A DNA stretch of 64,000 bases from the human T2T-CHM13v2.0 reference genome, Homo sapiens (GCF_009914755.1 NC_060928.1), one strand, 5' to 3'. Shown: positions 46,591-61,689, counted from the stretch's first letter. Numbers and translations: made by a program. The notes: generated by a model not told the origin, from the letters alone.

Positions 46591-49500
46591 ACATAATTAT
46601 ACTTTTCAACTTTGTTCTGTATGGTTTCATTTTCTAGCTGTTTCTAGGCAAGAAGTAAAATACACCATTAGTCATTGGAACAGGATCTCCGTTGGGGCTG
46701 GGGGAAGGGGCCATGTTTTTACCATGACTTCAAGATTATGGATTCATAATCCTGATTGCTAAATGAAATCAGGCTTTCAGTGTATACTTTAAATGGAAAC
46801 CATGCTTTCTTTTCTTGAAAATGTATATTTATAAATATAATTATTTTGTTATTCTGCCAAGAAATGCTAGAATATAGTGCTGTTATATACCTTAGTTCCT
46901 CTACAATGAATGGTATTAAATATCAAACATTTATTTCTTCCCTTATTTGTCATACACATATAAAGCTGTCTTTTAAATAAATTTACCAACATGCCAAATA
47001 ACATCATTAGTCATATCTGGTTGATGGGGTTAAAAATCATTTTTATCTTTTCCTAAACTTTTTTTACATTGACTAAATCTAGTGAAAACTATTACTTGTA
47101 TTATTGGAATGGAATCCATACTCTTTTCAATTTAACCTTATCTCTCTGTATCATATGTTAACATGATTACAATTTTGAAGATTATATTTTCAGTGATTCT
47201 AACACTTCAAATGTCAATAAATATTGCCATAACACATAATTAAGAGAAAGATAACTATATGGAAATAAAATTTAATGAACACTTTGATACATCGAGTGCC
47301 ATACATCCACACATAATTCACTCCTGCACTAAAGAAGTGTGAATAAAACAATACAGTACTCCCTAGAAAGAGGGACCCATCCATCGTACAAAGTGTAATT
47401 CATGATTCTGTGGCAGTTTGGGGAAGCAGGCCTTCATAACCTACTTCCACTATCCAAACAAAACCACATTTGCATTTACCACTGCCGAACAGACATGATC
47501 ACATAATACAAATATCTCGTTTCTGCCTCTGAATAAAGTGATCTTTTCTGGAATGGAACATACTCTGAATTTCTTGGAACAGTTCAATTCTAATCATTGT
47601 GTCTCATAAGTATGTTTATATGTCTTAATTTGCATTGGGGAAAATAATTCCCATACTACAGGTCTTCCATGCTAACATCTCCAGCAAGTCCTATGACAAC
47701 ACACAACCATAGGTCCTGGTGAACATTTAACTCAGCAACCTCAAAGTAGGAAGACCATAGATTTTGGAGTCAGAAACACCAGTGTTCACATTCCTACCAG
47801 ATCACATATTTTCCCTGGGATCTTTAGAAAATTACTTCTCTCTGAGCCCCTTTCCTTGCTTGTATAATAGTATATGGTATAATATACCTACCTCAGAGAC
47901 TAGATTTGGGGAATCCATGCAAGGATATAAGGTGTATGATACATGAGTTACCTAGAAGCTGGTTTTCAGTAGTGAAGGTTTAGCTTTATTTACTTGGATT
48001 CTTGCAGGGCTCTAAAGAAATGGCAAGAAAAAAGAGAAAGTGTAAGTATAAATGAGGTGGAGAGAGGGTTTTTTCTTGAAATAACTTTGTTTGCCTTCAA
48101 AGCAATAGTTTATTTCCCCAAGAAACAAAGACTCCTCGGAATCAGGCTGCTAAGGGACTGTTTTAGCTCTATGAGAACAGGACCTGGATTCCAACCCTGA
48201 CCTTTGTACAGCTGACTAGTTAGGGGTTCATACCCATTCTAATGCAAACACATGAAAACAATTAAACAGCCAAATTCCAGGCAGACTTCTCAATACTATG
48301 GCTTATTTAACTCTTAGCAGGGGATACTGCTGTGGCCAAAAAAACCTGGTTTACCACAGAGTGATGTCTGAAGAAAATATAAAATCGTATCAACAAGTTT
48401 GTTACAAACCACATCTTGACAATAGAATAAAGTCTGAATATACCATTGGTGGTGTGTATGTGTACCTTCTGCATAATGATGTCTACCCTAGAAGATTGAA
48501 GTGGAAGATAAAAATAGCCTAGATAATTTGAGCAAGAGGAATAATAATAAAACCTGCTACTTATTCAGGAAGGAAAAAAAGGTGATTGTTCTAATATTTG
48601 AATTTTATTAACTCAAATAGTTTGAACACTCAGTTCTCATTTACAGATAATTTTCTAACCTTCCACCTTCTTTTATCTGTTTTAACACAGCTCAATATTA
48701 TGGAATTGGCAGATCAAGATTTTCAAAAGACATCAGCCACTGAGTCTCAAAACTTCACATTAAATCCAACTAAAAAATACAAGTAGTATTTTATTATTTT
48801 TATTGCTATAAACAAAGATAGACTCCTTTCTAAAAGATATAGTAGTTGCATCTCCAGATAATCAAAATGGTGATGCATTTTTAATTACATAAAATTAGAA
48901 CATTTTGTATCCAGGTATCATGGAGCAATAGGGATATTGATTTAAGGTAAAGTTTATGTCTGCAGAAATAAAATGGTATACTTTAAAGCTTTGTGTCATA
49001 TTTGTGACTTTTCATTCATTATAAAGTTACCTGTGTGATATAAGTAAAGTTTGTCTCCAGATTATAAGAAATTACTAAATAAAAATACAAATGTAAAGAA
49101 ATGAACACTATGAATGTTTAAAAAGATAGTCTTTCCTTTAGAAATCTCAGATTATGACAGTTCAACATATTCAAAACCATGAAGATTATTGACTTCATGT
49201 AATTTTCATATCATAGTGTTTTTAGGTACATTATTTTTAAGTTATTATATTCTTTCCTAAAGTAGAATAGATAATGTATTCTTAGACATAGTATTTTCTG
49301 AGGACAGAAAACAATCAATAAATAAGTGAATGAATTCTAAGTCTATAAACATCAGGACCTTCAAACAAGAAATGAAGAAAAGGAAAATCAGCCTAGCTCT
49401 CCAAATTAGTAACCTAAAAATCAGTCCTTGCTCATAAAACAGTAGTATATAGAAATCCTTCTTTTCTTGAGAATAGTGTCCTGCTTATTCCTTCTATCAT

Positions 49501-50716
49501 CATATAAATCACCAATCCATTGGCCTTCTCAAGTTTATTCAAGACTCTTCTATGGGTAGATGTGCCCTCTTTATTGTTTGAGTTGTTTTTATTACAGTAA
49601 AATACGTATAACAAAAAATTTGTCATTTTAACCATTCTTAAGTAAAAAATTAGTGGCATTAATTACATATACAATGTTGTGCAACCGTCCCAACTGTCTA
49701 TTTGATGGGCCCTCTTTGCACAGAGGAACACAGAAAAGCCGAGATGTTTCTTAGAAAACAGTGCTACAGAAATTAGCACTGTATTTTAATGTTTTTTCTT
49801 CATTGTTCGAGGCTCTCAAATCTCTGCTCTCTCTGTTATTGACTTACCTAACTACATGTTTGGAGAGTGTGAAACATCATGCTTTCCAAACATACCAAAT
49901 GTGACTCCCAGTTTTAATTAAAAAGTAATTTCAATTAAGACTCTTGTATGATACTGCTTTTAAAAAAATAATTTCAAGACTTTGGGGTACTGGGAGATCT
50001 AAAACCTATATGAGTTAGAAGTCAGAACAGTTATCTCCAGTAATCCTTTCTCTACGGAAAGAAAATCATAAAGAAAAAAATGCAGAAAGTGGAATATTTC
50101 TTTTTCTCAAAAAAATGCTTTTTGTTAGAAGACAAAGATTTGGTGATCATCTGTTCAGGCAAAGAAGCTAATTTTCCAATATTTGTAAGAGAATGTCAAA
50201 CCTATCTTCTGCTCATATGGCTTTGCTTGGTTGATTTCTAAGTGTACAGATCTGCTCTTAATCAGAAACACAGAACACAGGAACTTAGGCTCCTTGCCAG
50301 AAAATGCAGCCTCAGATTGGCTACTGACCAACTTTTATCAAAAGCCTACTTGCAAAAAAAAAATAGCATTACTGAAAGGACGTAGAATCCACTCATTCCT
50401 TGAAAAGCTTTCAATTTTATTCCTGTGTGTCAAGATAATATTGGGAGACATTAAGCCAAGGTATCTGTTGTTTTCCAGTACTCTCCCTTCAACACTAAGG
50501 CAGCACCAACAGCTTTCTATATGAACTACCCTTGGGTTAGAGCAGATACAGAAAGAAAAAAAGGCAAAATCTTAAGCTTTTGAGTTCACAAGTTAACTTC
50601 TATAAATCTGTAGCATAGTCCTTGCTGTCAATTGCTAGTAAGGTACATGAAGTGAAAGGATGTTTTAAATTAAAAAAAAAAAAAGAAAAAGAATTTCTTT
50701 AAAATACCAAAATTCA

Positions 50717-51013
50717 GGCCCGGTGTGGTGGCTCACACCTGCAATCCCAGCACTTTGGGAAGTGGAGCAGGCAGATCACCTGAGGTCAGGAGTTCGAGAT
50801 TAGACTGGCCAACATAAAAAACCCCGTCTTTACTAAAAATACAAAAATTAGCCGGGTGTGGTGGTGGGTGCCTGTAATTCCACCTACTCAGGAGGCTGAG
50901 GCAGGAGAATCCCTTAAACCCAGGAGGTGGAGACTGCAGTGAGCAAAGATCACTGCCATTGCACCCTAGCCTGGGCGACATGAACGAAATTACGTCTCAA
51001 AAAAAAAAAAAAA
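50717..51013 (+). mobile_element. AluSx-like element
   Basis: Full dimer with gatcacctgaggtcaggagttcgaga, an A tail and TSD aaaattcag. Confidence 0.93.
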
Positions 51014-52295
51014 TTCAGAGTCTGGCATACACACCAGAAATAAGGAGTAAGGGAGCATATTTGATAACATGAAATAAAATTTTTGGCCCCCAAAATAAGA
51101 AGTCCTTGAGAAGTGAGGAAGAAAAAGATCACAGAATATGTTACCAGGTGTTAGATGCCAGTTGGTACATTAAAAAACACCCACTACTCTACTCCTCAAT
51201 CATATTTGAATCTAGGAGACAAGTTCATCCCATTGCTGAGTTGTACTGTGAAGGGGGCTGCTGTAGAACTCTCCAAAAGGTTGTTGACCCTGCAGCTACC
51301 ACCTCTGTAAGTTTACGGCAACTCACAGAGTTGGTGGTGGGCCAGGAGCTGCTGTTGGTCATGAGGGCCAGCAGCTGGGAAGGACAGCTGGAAGTGGAGT
51401 GGGGAAGCATGGAGATGAACTGGAATCTCATGGCACTTGGCATCTGTCTTCACTGCTTCTAACCAATGATAACTTTCCAAGTATAATGGCTGCTGCTTTC
51501 ACTTCTGCTTTCCAAATCTCCTCCAGCCTCACTTCTGGCCAACTCTAGTCTGGAAATATACAGTGAAACACAGTTCACAGCGTAAGCTCATAGTAGAAGG
51601 TACAAGGACTGAGACTGCTGGGGGACAAAATGAGAGTTATAAAATGGGTTAAACAAGGATATATAAAAAGGAATAAAGAAGGCATTGCAGATGAAGCAAC
51701 AGAATGAGCAAAGGCACAAAAGTGGAAATAAATATTATGTGGATAGGAAATCAGAATATGTAGGAGAGCAGGAGGACACAAGATTGCTAGATTGGCTTTA
51801 GAGGAGCCATATTATGCAAGACACAAATACCAATTAAAGTATACAAATAGGTACATTCTTGAGGAAGCTACTAAGATGGGAGTTAGGAGAAGATTAGCAT
51901 AGCATACACAGTGATTCAGAACAGAAAGAGGTTCAAAGGGATCCATAGAGGATTGCTGTTTATGAGATCACGAAAACATGGGCAAGGATAGTGGCAATGT
52001 GACAGAGCATAAAGCAAAATCTGAAAGACATACTAATTTACAAATCAACAGAACTTAATGCCAGACCAAAGGGCAGAGCTTCTGGGGAGTGAAATATTGG
52101 ATAGCAAGTTAATAAAAACAATGCTTCAATGATTTATTCAACTATAAATGATTTTGAGCCATGACAACTGAGGTCAGATTTATGCACTATAGCTCTTCAC
52201 CATCAACTTCTCTAGATTATATAAAGCAACTTCAATAAAGCAGCTTCCCAAGGTGTCTAGAGAGCCCATTGTTCAGGATGGTGCTTGTTATATTC

Positions 52296-52764
52296 CATAA
52301 TAGCTACTCTAGTTTAGACCTTCATAGATCATTTCATCTACCCCCAAATGGCAATAAACAAAGGCTCTTTATTCAGAGTTTGCCAATCAAGGGACTCAGT
52401 CATCATCACTTGCATTTGGCAAAGACTTAAAGACAAGCCACAAAGTGGGAAAGCTTTATAGTGAACCAAAAGGTTCAGGTACCCCCTGATTGTAGGTTGT
52501 TGTCATGGGGAAGCTGGCGTTGGGCTACCTAGAAGTAAAGCAAATTATATCATTGATTTGGAGAGCACATTTGACTTTCTCTGATTGATCCTTATTTGGA
52601 AGCATTCTGTTGCTTTATCTGGAAGCTTGGACATCAATGGCTAAGCCCTGACCACTCTGGTCCAATTGCTGCAAAGGTTGTGGTTTTGCTTCCTGGGCAT
52701 GTGGTTCAGAGTTGTATTGTCATATGTAGTCTTGTCATTGTCCATTTGCATATTAAGTCTTTCA
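52296..52764 (-). mobile_element. Old ERV1-type solo LTR (MER89/MER90/MER110-like, tentative)
   Basis: Minus strand starts tgaaagacttaatatgcaaatggacaatgacaagac. It has a poly(A) signal (tttatt on plus at ~52368) and CCAAT-like motifs. Confidence 0.5.
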
Positions 52765-53189
52765 TTGAGAATATTTGAATGATAGTTCATTTTTTTCATT
52801 AATTTAGTAACTTTACTGATTCATATGTCTATGGGTTTTACTCTCCAAACTATAAAATTGTGTTTAACTATGTGACAAACACCAGGTATTGGGAAGGAGG
52901 GAAAAAAGTAGTTATCAACCTGGTAGATGAGTCAGCCCACCTTATTTTTTACTACATCCATAATAATAGTATAATCTTCCTAGATCACAACTTTCATCAT
53001 GTCACAACTGAGTTCAAAAGTCTGTAATGGCTTCTTGTTGTCAGCCTCCTTTTTGTAGTGTCAAGCTCCACCATACATTCATTCCTCAAACGGTTATTGA
53101 AAGCCTGCGACATGTTAGGCATTGTGTTTAAATATTGGAGATGTAGTCCATGCCTGTAAAAAGTTCAATGTTTAATATGTAATGTAATA

Positions 53190-55134
53190 AATACCAATGC
53201 AGGGCATTGTAAGAACACAGAGGAGGAACATTAAAAGCAAACAGGATACCTCCCAGCCCTCCACCCAGTGGTGGAGGACAACCCAGGCCCAGGGTCTCCC
53301 AGCTCTCCACACCACAGCAGGAGACTGCCAGTGTCTTCTGGCCCTCCAGCCAGTAGAAAAGAGTGACCTAGATGTGATATCACCTGACCCTCCACCAGTT
53401 GCAGAAAGCAGCCTCAGTAGGCATTTTCCTCCTACAAAAGAACCAGCAGAGATTGAGCACAGGAAGTTTACTAGCACTGTGAATGAAGAGGAGGCCAGGT
53501 GGAATGTTCACCATACTGCAGGTCCAGCATCCCCCCACTGCCCACCTGATGACACTGGGGGAGGCCCAGGGAAGCAACTTCTACCTCATAGGTGCCACTG
53601 GCAGGCCCCAAATAGGAACCCAAATAGAACAGGAAGAGCAAAGCAAAACAAAATAGTATTAAAAGTCCTCTGAAAACTAATTGCATTTGAACAACAATCC
53701 ACAAAAGTAAACCAGAAGCTACATGCTAAACCTAAACAGGGTAACTACCTGCTAAAAGAGAAGATTTAAATCAGATCAGGAATCTCTTAACATAATAGCC
53801 AGAATGTCTAGTATACAATGAAAAATCATTCATCATTGCAAACCAAGAAAATCACAACTTGAATAACAAAAGACAATCAACTGACACCGAAACTGAGATA
53901 ATTCAGAAATCGTAATTATCTGAGATGGATTTTAAAGCCACCATCATTTTTTTTTAAATGCTTCAACAAGCGATTATGAAATCTCTCAAAATAAATGAAA
54001 AATAGAAAAATCTCAGCAAAGAGATAGAAGTTTTGTGTTTTTTTTTAAAGAACCAAATGGGAATTCTAGAGCTGAAAAAAATAATAACCAAAAATCCTTC
54101 ACTGGATAGGCTCTATAGCAGAGTGGAGATGACAGAGAATAAAATCAGTGATTTTGAGGACAGATCTAAATAGAATATACTCAATCTAAACAACAGAAAA
54201 AAAATAGACTAAAAATGAACAGAGCCTTAGGGACCTGTGAGTCATTGACAAAATATACAACATTTGTATTACTGAAGTTTTAAGAAGGAAAGGAGGAAAG
54301 ATGTGGGGCTAACAAAAAATACTCTAAGAAAAAAATGCCTGAAAACCTTCCAAATTTGGCAGAAGACATAAACATACAGATTCAAGAGGCTGAGCCAGCC
54401 CCAAATAGGATAAGCTCAAGCACATTTATCCCAAGACATATCATCGACTTCTGAATACACAAATAAAAAAATGAACACAGTGTAAAGACAAAGAAAAAAA
54501 TTCTTAGAAGCAACAAGAGAGAAACAACACATTACCACATCCCCATAAGGGAACACCAATTCTAATGCAGAAGATTTCTCATCTGAAAGCACGGAAGCCA
54601 GGACAGGGTGGCACAACATTTTTCAAGTGCTGAAATAAAACTATCAACCTCAAGTTCCATATCTGGGAAACCATCTTTCAGGAATTAAGAGAAAATAAAA
54701 ACATTATTAGGAGAAAGAAAACTAAAAAAATTAGTAGTGATAAGCAGACCAACCCTTAAAGAATGGCTAAAAAAGCCCTCCAAACTGATAAGATATGATT
54801 AGAGAAGAAGACTTGAAACTTCAGAAAGAAAAAATTAGAAGGACAAAAATATGGGTAAATATTCTATTTACTATTCTTCTCTTCATGAATTTCTTATATC
54901 ATGAATTTTCATTTACTATTCTTCTCTTCATGAATTTATCATATCATATTAGAGGGTTAAAAATATATGACACCATCTGATGTGATGTTCAATGTGTGTA
55001 GAGGGAATACTTGACAATTGTGTTTTAAAAGTGAGCAAGGTAAAGGGACTTAAATGGAAATAAAGTTTCAGCACTTTTCCTAAGATGGTAACACAACACC
55101 TGCAGGCTGTGCTTCCTTTATATATATTTGTTAC

Positions 55135-55166
<32 letters not shown>

Positions 55167-55290
55167 TAATGCCTAGAAAAACCACTAAGAAAACAATACA
55201 AAGTAAAGTAAGGTACTCCAAAATACAAATAATAAATTAAAAATAGAATTCAAAAAATAATGTTCAAATACATTATAGGAAGGCATACTA
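53190..55290 (+). mobile_element. Ancient L1M 5' region with degenerate ORF1
   Basis: aaaatctcagcaaagagatagaag...aaccaaatgggaattctagagctgaaaa...gaacagagccttagggacctgtg...atacagattcaagaggctgag. Confidence 0.75.
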
Positions 55291-55994
55291 ATCAGGCTCC
55301 AGCCAGGTCCTAGCCAATCCACCAATTGACATCAAAAACATGAGCAAGCTGGTCAAGATCAGCATACCTTGGTCCAGCCAACCCACAGTCTTACAAGAAA
55401 TAATAAACAAATGTCATATTAAGCCATTAAGTGTTCTGAATGGTTTGTTGTACACTATACTTACCTCAAAAAACATGCCTTTAAAAAACTGAATTTATCA
55501 ACTTCATTACTGTGAAAAGCATGCTTTTTCTTTCTAATTCTCTATTTTGATTATTCAATTACTTAAGCTCAAAACCTAGGAGTGACCTTAGAATCTTCCC
55601 ACTTTTTCATTTGCTTTATTTTGTAGGCAAAGGGGAGTTTCTGAAAGCTTTTAAGCAGATGGAAAACATAATCAGGTTAGTACTTGAGAAAGAGGTATAG
55701 CAGCAGTTCTCAGAGTGTAGTCCAAGAAGCCCTGGGGTCCCCAAGACCATTTTAGAATGTTTGCAAGGTCAAAACTATTTCACAGTAATACTGTTCACAT
55801 TCATTTTCTTATGAGTGTACCACGGAGGCTTAGAGAGGCTACATGACATGTGATATCACAATAGACTGAATGTAAAAATAATTCATCTGTCTTCTATTAA
55901 AACACACATAACAAAGATTTGAAAAAAACAATGCCACACTTCTCACTAAATTTTATTTTATAAAATATATTTTCATAAAAATGTTATTAGTTGA

Positions 55995-56345
55995 TTTCAT
56001 GCGCGTCCGTGTGAAGAGACCACCAGACAGGCTTTGTGTGAGCAATAAAGCTTTTAATCACCTGGGTGCAGGTGGGCTGACTCCGAAAAGAGAGTCAGTG
56101 AAGGTAGATAAGGGTGGGGCCATTTTATAAGATTTTGGTAGATAAAGGAAAATTACAGTCAAAGGGGGGTTGTTCTCTGGCGGGCAAGAGTGGGGGTCAC
56201 AAGGTGCTCAGTAGGGGAGCTTTTGAGCCAGGAGAAGGAATTTCACAAGATAATGTCATCAGTTAAGGCAGGAACTGGCCATCTGGATGTGCATGTGCAG
56301 GTCACAGGGGATATGATGGCTTAGCTTGGGCTCAGAGGCCTGACA
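55995..56345 (-). mobile_element. HERV-H 3' LTR (LTR7)
   Basis: TGTCAGGCCTCTGAGCCCAAGCTAAGCC...GGACGCGCATGAAA, preceded by the polypurine tract aaagaagacaggaa. Confidence 0.96.
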
Positions 56346-57394
56346 TTCCTGTCTTCTTTTATTAATAAGAAAAATAAAATGAAATAGTGGTAAAGTGTTG
56401 GGGCAGCGAAAATTTTGGGGGATTGTATGGAGAGACATGGGCGATGTTTCTCAGGGCTGCTTCGAGCAGGATTAGGGGCAGCGTGGGAACCTAGAGTGGG
56501 AGAGATTAAGCTGAAGGAAGGTTTTGTGGTAAGGAGTGATATTGTGGGACTGTTAGAAGAAACATTTGTCATTTAGAATTATTGGTGATGGCCTGGATAC
56601 AGTTTTGTATGAATTGAAAAACTAAATGGAATAAGAGAAGGAGAAAAACAGGTATTAAAGGTCTAAGAATTGGGAGGACCCAGGACATCTAATTAGAGAG
56701 TGCCTAAGGAGGTTCAGCATAGTCCTGCCAGCAAAGATTATTTATTTACTTCAAGAGTTAAGAGTGGCAGTTGGGGATAGCACCAGGAGATATCAGCAGT
56801 GATGGCTTGGAGAAACAGTGTAAACCGGCAGTGTAAACAAGAGCAGGGCATGTATGAGTAGTTGAGAACGGTGAATAGGAGTATGACTAGACAGAAGATA
56901 GTAGGGATGACAAGTTTTTGGGGCACAGTCCAAGTTGGTCTGGTGTCTGGAATGAGACTGGGGCTTAATAAAAAGGAGCATACATACAGGAGCTCAAATG
57001 GGCTGTACCCTGTAGCATTCTGAGGACAGGCCTGAATTCTGAGAAGGAAAAGTGGTAAAAGTATTGTCCAGTCCTTTTTAAGTTGGTGGCTGAGCTTGGT
57101 GAGGTGTGTTTTTAAAAGACCATTAGTGTGTTCTACTTTTCCTGAAGACTGAGGACTGTAAGGGATATAAAGGTTTCACTGAATACCAAGAGCCTGAAAA
57201 AATGCTTGGCTGATTTGACTAATAAAGACCGGTCTGCTATCGGACTGTATAGAGGTGGGAAGGCCAAACCGAGGAATTATGTCTAACAGAAGGGAAGAAA
57301 TAACCGCAGTGGCCTTCTCAGACCCTGTAGGAAAGGCCTCTACCCATCCAGTGAAAATGTCTTCCTAGACTAAGAGGTGTTTTAGTTATCCGAC

Positions 57395-59599
57395 TCAGGG
57401 CATGTGAGTAAAGTCAATTTGCCAGTCCTGGGCAGGGGCAAATCCTCGAGCTTGATGTGTAAGAAAGGAAGGAAGCCTGAACAATCCCCGAGCGGTAGTA
57501 GAATAGCAAATAGAACACTGAGAAGTGATTTCTTTGAGGATAGATTTCCAGGATGGAAAGGAAATGAGAGTTTCTAAGAGATGGGCTAGTGGCTTGTAAC
57601 CTACATGGACGAGGTTATGAAATGACGACAGAATAGAATGGGCCTGTGAGGCTGGAAGGAGATATTTTCCTTGGTCTAAGAAACATTTGCCTTGTGTGGG
57701 AAGAGATTGATAGGTGGAAGTTTCAGCAGGGGAGTAGATGGGAGTGACTGATATGAAGGAGAAAAACTGGCCGTGAGGGACAGAAGTTGGAAAGCTAGCT
57801 GCTTGTCTAGCCACCTTATCAGCATAAGCCTTGCCTACAGCAATGGGATCTGACACCTTTTGATGGTCTTTGCAGTGAATGACTCCACCTTCCTTTGGAA
57901 GTAAAGCGGCCTTGAGCAGAGTTTTTATTAAAGAGGCATTAATGCAGCTTATATAACAGCATGGTGGTGCAGAACATGAAAGGCATATTTAGAGTCAGTA
58001 TAAATATTGATACGTAGTCCTTTTGCAAGAGTGAGGGCTTGAGTTAAGGCAACTAATTTGACTTGCTGAGAGGTAGTAGAGGGGGGCAGAGTGGTAGCCT
58101 CAACGATAGATGTGGAAGATATGATAGCATAGCCTGCCTTTGCTGGCGAGTGGCGATTAGGCCTGGCGGAACTGCCATCAATAAACTAAATGTGATCAGG
58201 GTGAGGAACAGGAAAGAAGGAAATATGGGGAAATGAGTTGAATGCCAGGTGGATCAGAGAGATACAGTCATGAGGGTCAGGTGTAGTATCCAGAATAATG
58301 TGGGAGGCCAGATTGAAGTCCATGCCAGGAACAATGGTAATTGTGGGAGACTCAACAAAGAGTGAGTATAGCTGAAGGAGCCGGGGAGCAGAAAGTATAT
58401 GCGTCAGGTATGAGGAAGAAAATAGATTTTGGAAGTTATGAGAAATGTAGAGAGTGAGTTGAGCATAGTTTGTGATTTTGAGGGCCTCTAAAAGTATTAA
58501 AGCAGTGGCAGCTGCTGCACACAGACATGAGGGCTAGGCTAAAACAGAAAGGTCAAGTTGTTTGGGCAGAAAGGCTACAGGGTGCAGTCCTGGCTCTTGT
58601 GTATGAATTCTGACCGCATTAACCATGCCTAGGAAGGAAAGGAGTTGTTGTTTTGTAGAAGGGATTGAGGTTTGGGAGATTAGTCGGACATGATCAGCAG
58701 GGAGAGCACGTGTGTTTTTATGAGAATTATGCCAAGATAGGTAACAGATGAGGATGAAATTTGGGCTTGATTGAAGTAATGGGGGCTGTCTGTGAAGGCT
58801 TGTGGCAGTACAGCCGAGGTAATTTGCTGAGCCTAAAAGCGAAGAGAGGCTGGGATGAAGGGTGCAAAGGAATAGTAAAGAAAGCATGTTTGAGATCTAC
58901 AACAGAATAATGGGTTGTAGAGGCAGGTATTGAGGATAGGAGAGTATATGGGTTTGGCACCACGGGGTGGATAGGCAAAACAATTTGGTTGATAAGGTGC
59001 AGATCCTGAACTAACCTGTAAGTCTTGTCTGGTTTTAGGACAGGTACAATGGGGGAATTGTAAGGAGAGTTTATAGGCTTTAAAAGGCCATGCTGTAACA
59101 GGCGAGTGATAACAGACTTTAATCCTTTTAAAGCATGCTGTGGGATGGGATATTGGCATTGAGCGAGGTAAGGGTGATTCAGTTTTAATGGGATGGTAAG
59201 GGGTGTATGATCGGTCACTAAGGAGGGAGTAGAGGTGTTTTATACTTGTGGGTTAAGGTGGGGAGATACAAGGGGAGGATGTGAAGGAGGCTTTGAACTG
59301 AGGGAAAAGGTGGCAATGAGGTGTGGCTGTAGCCCAGGAATAGTCAGGGAAGCAGATAATTTAGTTAAAGTGTCTCGGCCTAATAAGGGAACTGGGCAGG
59401 TGGGGATAACTAAAAAGGAGTGCTTAAAAGAGTATTGTCTAAGTTGGCACCAGAGTTGGGGAGTTTTAAGAGGTTTAGAAGCCTGGCCGTCAATACCCAC
59501 AACAGTTATGGAGGCAAGGGAAACAGGCTCTTGAAAAGAAGGTAATGTGGAGTGGGGAGACTCCGTATAGACTAAGAAGGAGATGGACTTACCCTCCAC
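57395..59599 (-). pseudogene. HERV-H pro-pol remnants
   Basis: Protease-like PTCPVPLLGRDTLTKL; RT SPYNSPIVPVLKP..YRLVQDL..VVPNPYTLL..VDLKHAFFTIPL; integrase HNLVH..CSIC..DWQIDFTHMP. All are disrupted. Confidence 0.93.
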
Positions 59600-60974
59600 T
59601 GTGAGAGTTACCCAGAGCGTCTGTGATGATCCTGTAGGCTTCCGAGGCGATTGGGCAGCGTCAGTCTTCAGCTGCTAAGCCGAGAAGATCTGGGAAGGAG
59701 TCAGTCAGAGAGCCTTGGGCCAGAGTTCCAGGGGTTCTGGGAGTGGCTGCCAGGTGAGTTGAACAGTCCAATTTTCAGTGGGGTCCCACACAGATGGGAT
59801 ATGACTTAGGAGGAATCCCGGGCTGTGGGCATTCCTTGGCCCAGTGGCCAGATTTCTGGCACTTGTAGCAAGCTCCTGGGGGAGGAGGTTCTGGCGGAAC
59901 CCCTGGCAGCTGCGGTTCAGGTGTTTGGAGTTCTTGTGTGCAGGAGATTGGCTGAGGTTTGTCTCATAGTGGAGGCAAGGAATTGCAACTCAGAAATATG
60001 TTGCTACTTGGCTGCCTCTACTCTATTATTGTACACCTTGAAGGTGAGGTTAATTAAGTCCTGCTGTGGGGTTTGAGGGCCAGAATTTAATTTTTGGAGA
60101 TTTATTTTATGTCAGGAGCAGATTGGGTAATAAAATAAAATGCATATTGAGAATAAGACGGCCTTCTGACCTTTCAGGGTCTAGGGCTGTAAAGCTTCTC
60201 AGGGTTGCTGCCAAACAAGCCATGAACTGGGCTGGGTTTTTATATTTGATGAAAAAGAGCCTAAACACTAACTGATTTTGGGAGAGGTCAGATAAAGAAA
60301 AAGGAGCATTAACCTTGACTATGTCTTTAGCTCCAGCCACTTTTTAAGAGGAAATTGCTGGGCAGGTGGGGGAGGGCTAGTCACGGAAAGAAACTGTAAG
60401 CCAGACCGGGTGTGAGGAGCGGAGGTGATAAAAGGATTATAGGGTGGAGGAGCGGAGGCTGAGGAAGAATTGGGACCTAGCTCGGCCTGGCTAGGAGGAG
60501 AGAGGTCAGATGAGTCTGTAGAAAAGGAAGATTAGAAAGACTCAGCGATGCTTGGGGTTGGGACTGAGGGGATAGGCAGGAGGGAAGGAAGATTTCGGAT
60601 GAGTTGCATTGGGAACAGAGAATAGGGAGAGACCGATGTGTAAAATAATGCCTGGACATCAGGCACCTCAGACCGTTTGCCCATTTACGACAAGAATTAT
60701 TTAGATCTTGTAGGATGGAAAAATCAAAAGTGCCATTTTCTGGCTATTTGGAACCACTGTCGAGTTTGTATTGGGGTCAAGCGGCATTGCAGAAGAAAAT
60801 AAAGCATTTAGGTTTTAGGTCAGGTGTGAGTTGAAGAGGTTTTAAGTTCTTGAGAACATAGGCTAAGGGAGAAGAAGGAGGAATGGAGGGTGGAAGTTTG
60901 CCCATAGTGAAGGAGGCAAGCCCAGAGAAAAGAGAGAGTAGAGACAGAGAGGGAAGGGGTTTGGGGGTTCTTAC

Positions 60975-61270
60975 CCTCCAGAAAAGTGGGAAAGGGGTCA
61001 GGGCATGGAAATAAGGAGTTGGGGCACAGAGATAAGAGATCGGGGCATGGAAATAAGGGATTGGGGCACAGAGATAAGAGGTCAGGGTGCAGAAATAAGG
61101 GATCGGGGGGTTCTTGCCCCCTAGAAAAGTGGTACTTGCTCCTAAGGGTGAAGGAGAAGGGGTTGGGGGTTCTTGCCCCCCAGAAAAGCAGACAAGGGGT
61201 AGAGACATGGAGAGAAGGAGTTGGGGGGTTCTTGCCCCCCAGAAAAGCGGTACTTGCCGCTAAGGGTGAA
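60975..61270. repeat. Tandem repeats of the HERV-H leader
   Basis: Alternating ggggcatggaaataagg and ggggcacagagataagag units, then repeated ggggttcttgccccc(c/t)agaaaag. Confidence 0.85.
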
Positions 61271-61689
61271 GCACCAAGGCAGGCATCCCCGCATGGTCAG
61301 ACACCTCTGAAACGTGGGTGAATAATCAGGCAGGCGTCCCTGTGTGATTAAACACCAAGGGAAGACTGTCTTCCAGAGTCTGTGACTGGCGCCAGAGTTT
61401 TGAGTCTATGGATAATATGTGTCTCCTTTGTCTCTACCAGAAAATGAAAGGAATTGAAATTAAGAGAAGGGAGAGATTGAAGGGTGGTACCAAGATTGAA
61501 AGGAGAAAGTGGTTGAGGGATAGTGAGAGAGGTTGGAAAAGAGAGTAAGAAGAGGCCGCTTACCCGATTTAAAATTGGTGAGATATTCCTTGGGCTGGTG
61601 GGTCTGAGGACCCGAGGTTGTAAGTGGATCTTTTTCATAGAGCAAAGAGCAGGAGGACAGGGGATTGATCTCCCAAGGGAGGTCCCCCG

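Noticed and set aside
53197-53673. 158-aa ORF as a novel gene
   Set aside because: It lies in the GC-richer 5' region of an ancient L1M, has no recognisable domain and is probably a chance open frame.
54866-54937. Short local tandem duplications (also ~34440-34490 and ~36718-36757) and simple repeats (AAT ~12119, CA ~36235, TA/GA ~55120)
   Set aside because: These are ordinary slippage products with no sign of function.
56346-57390. Intact HERV-H env (syncytin-like) gene
   Set aside because: Only short broken remnants are present and the provirus is too short to hold a full env.
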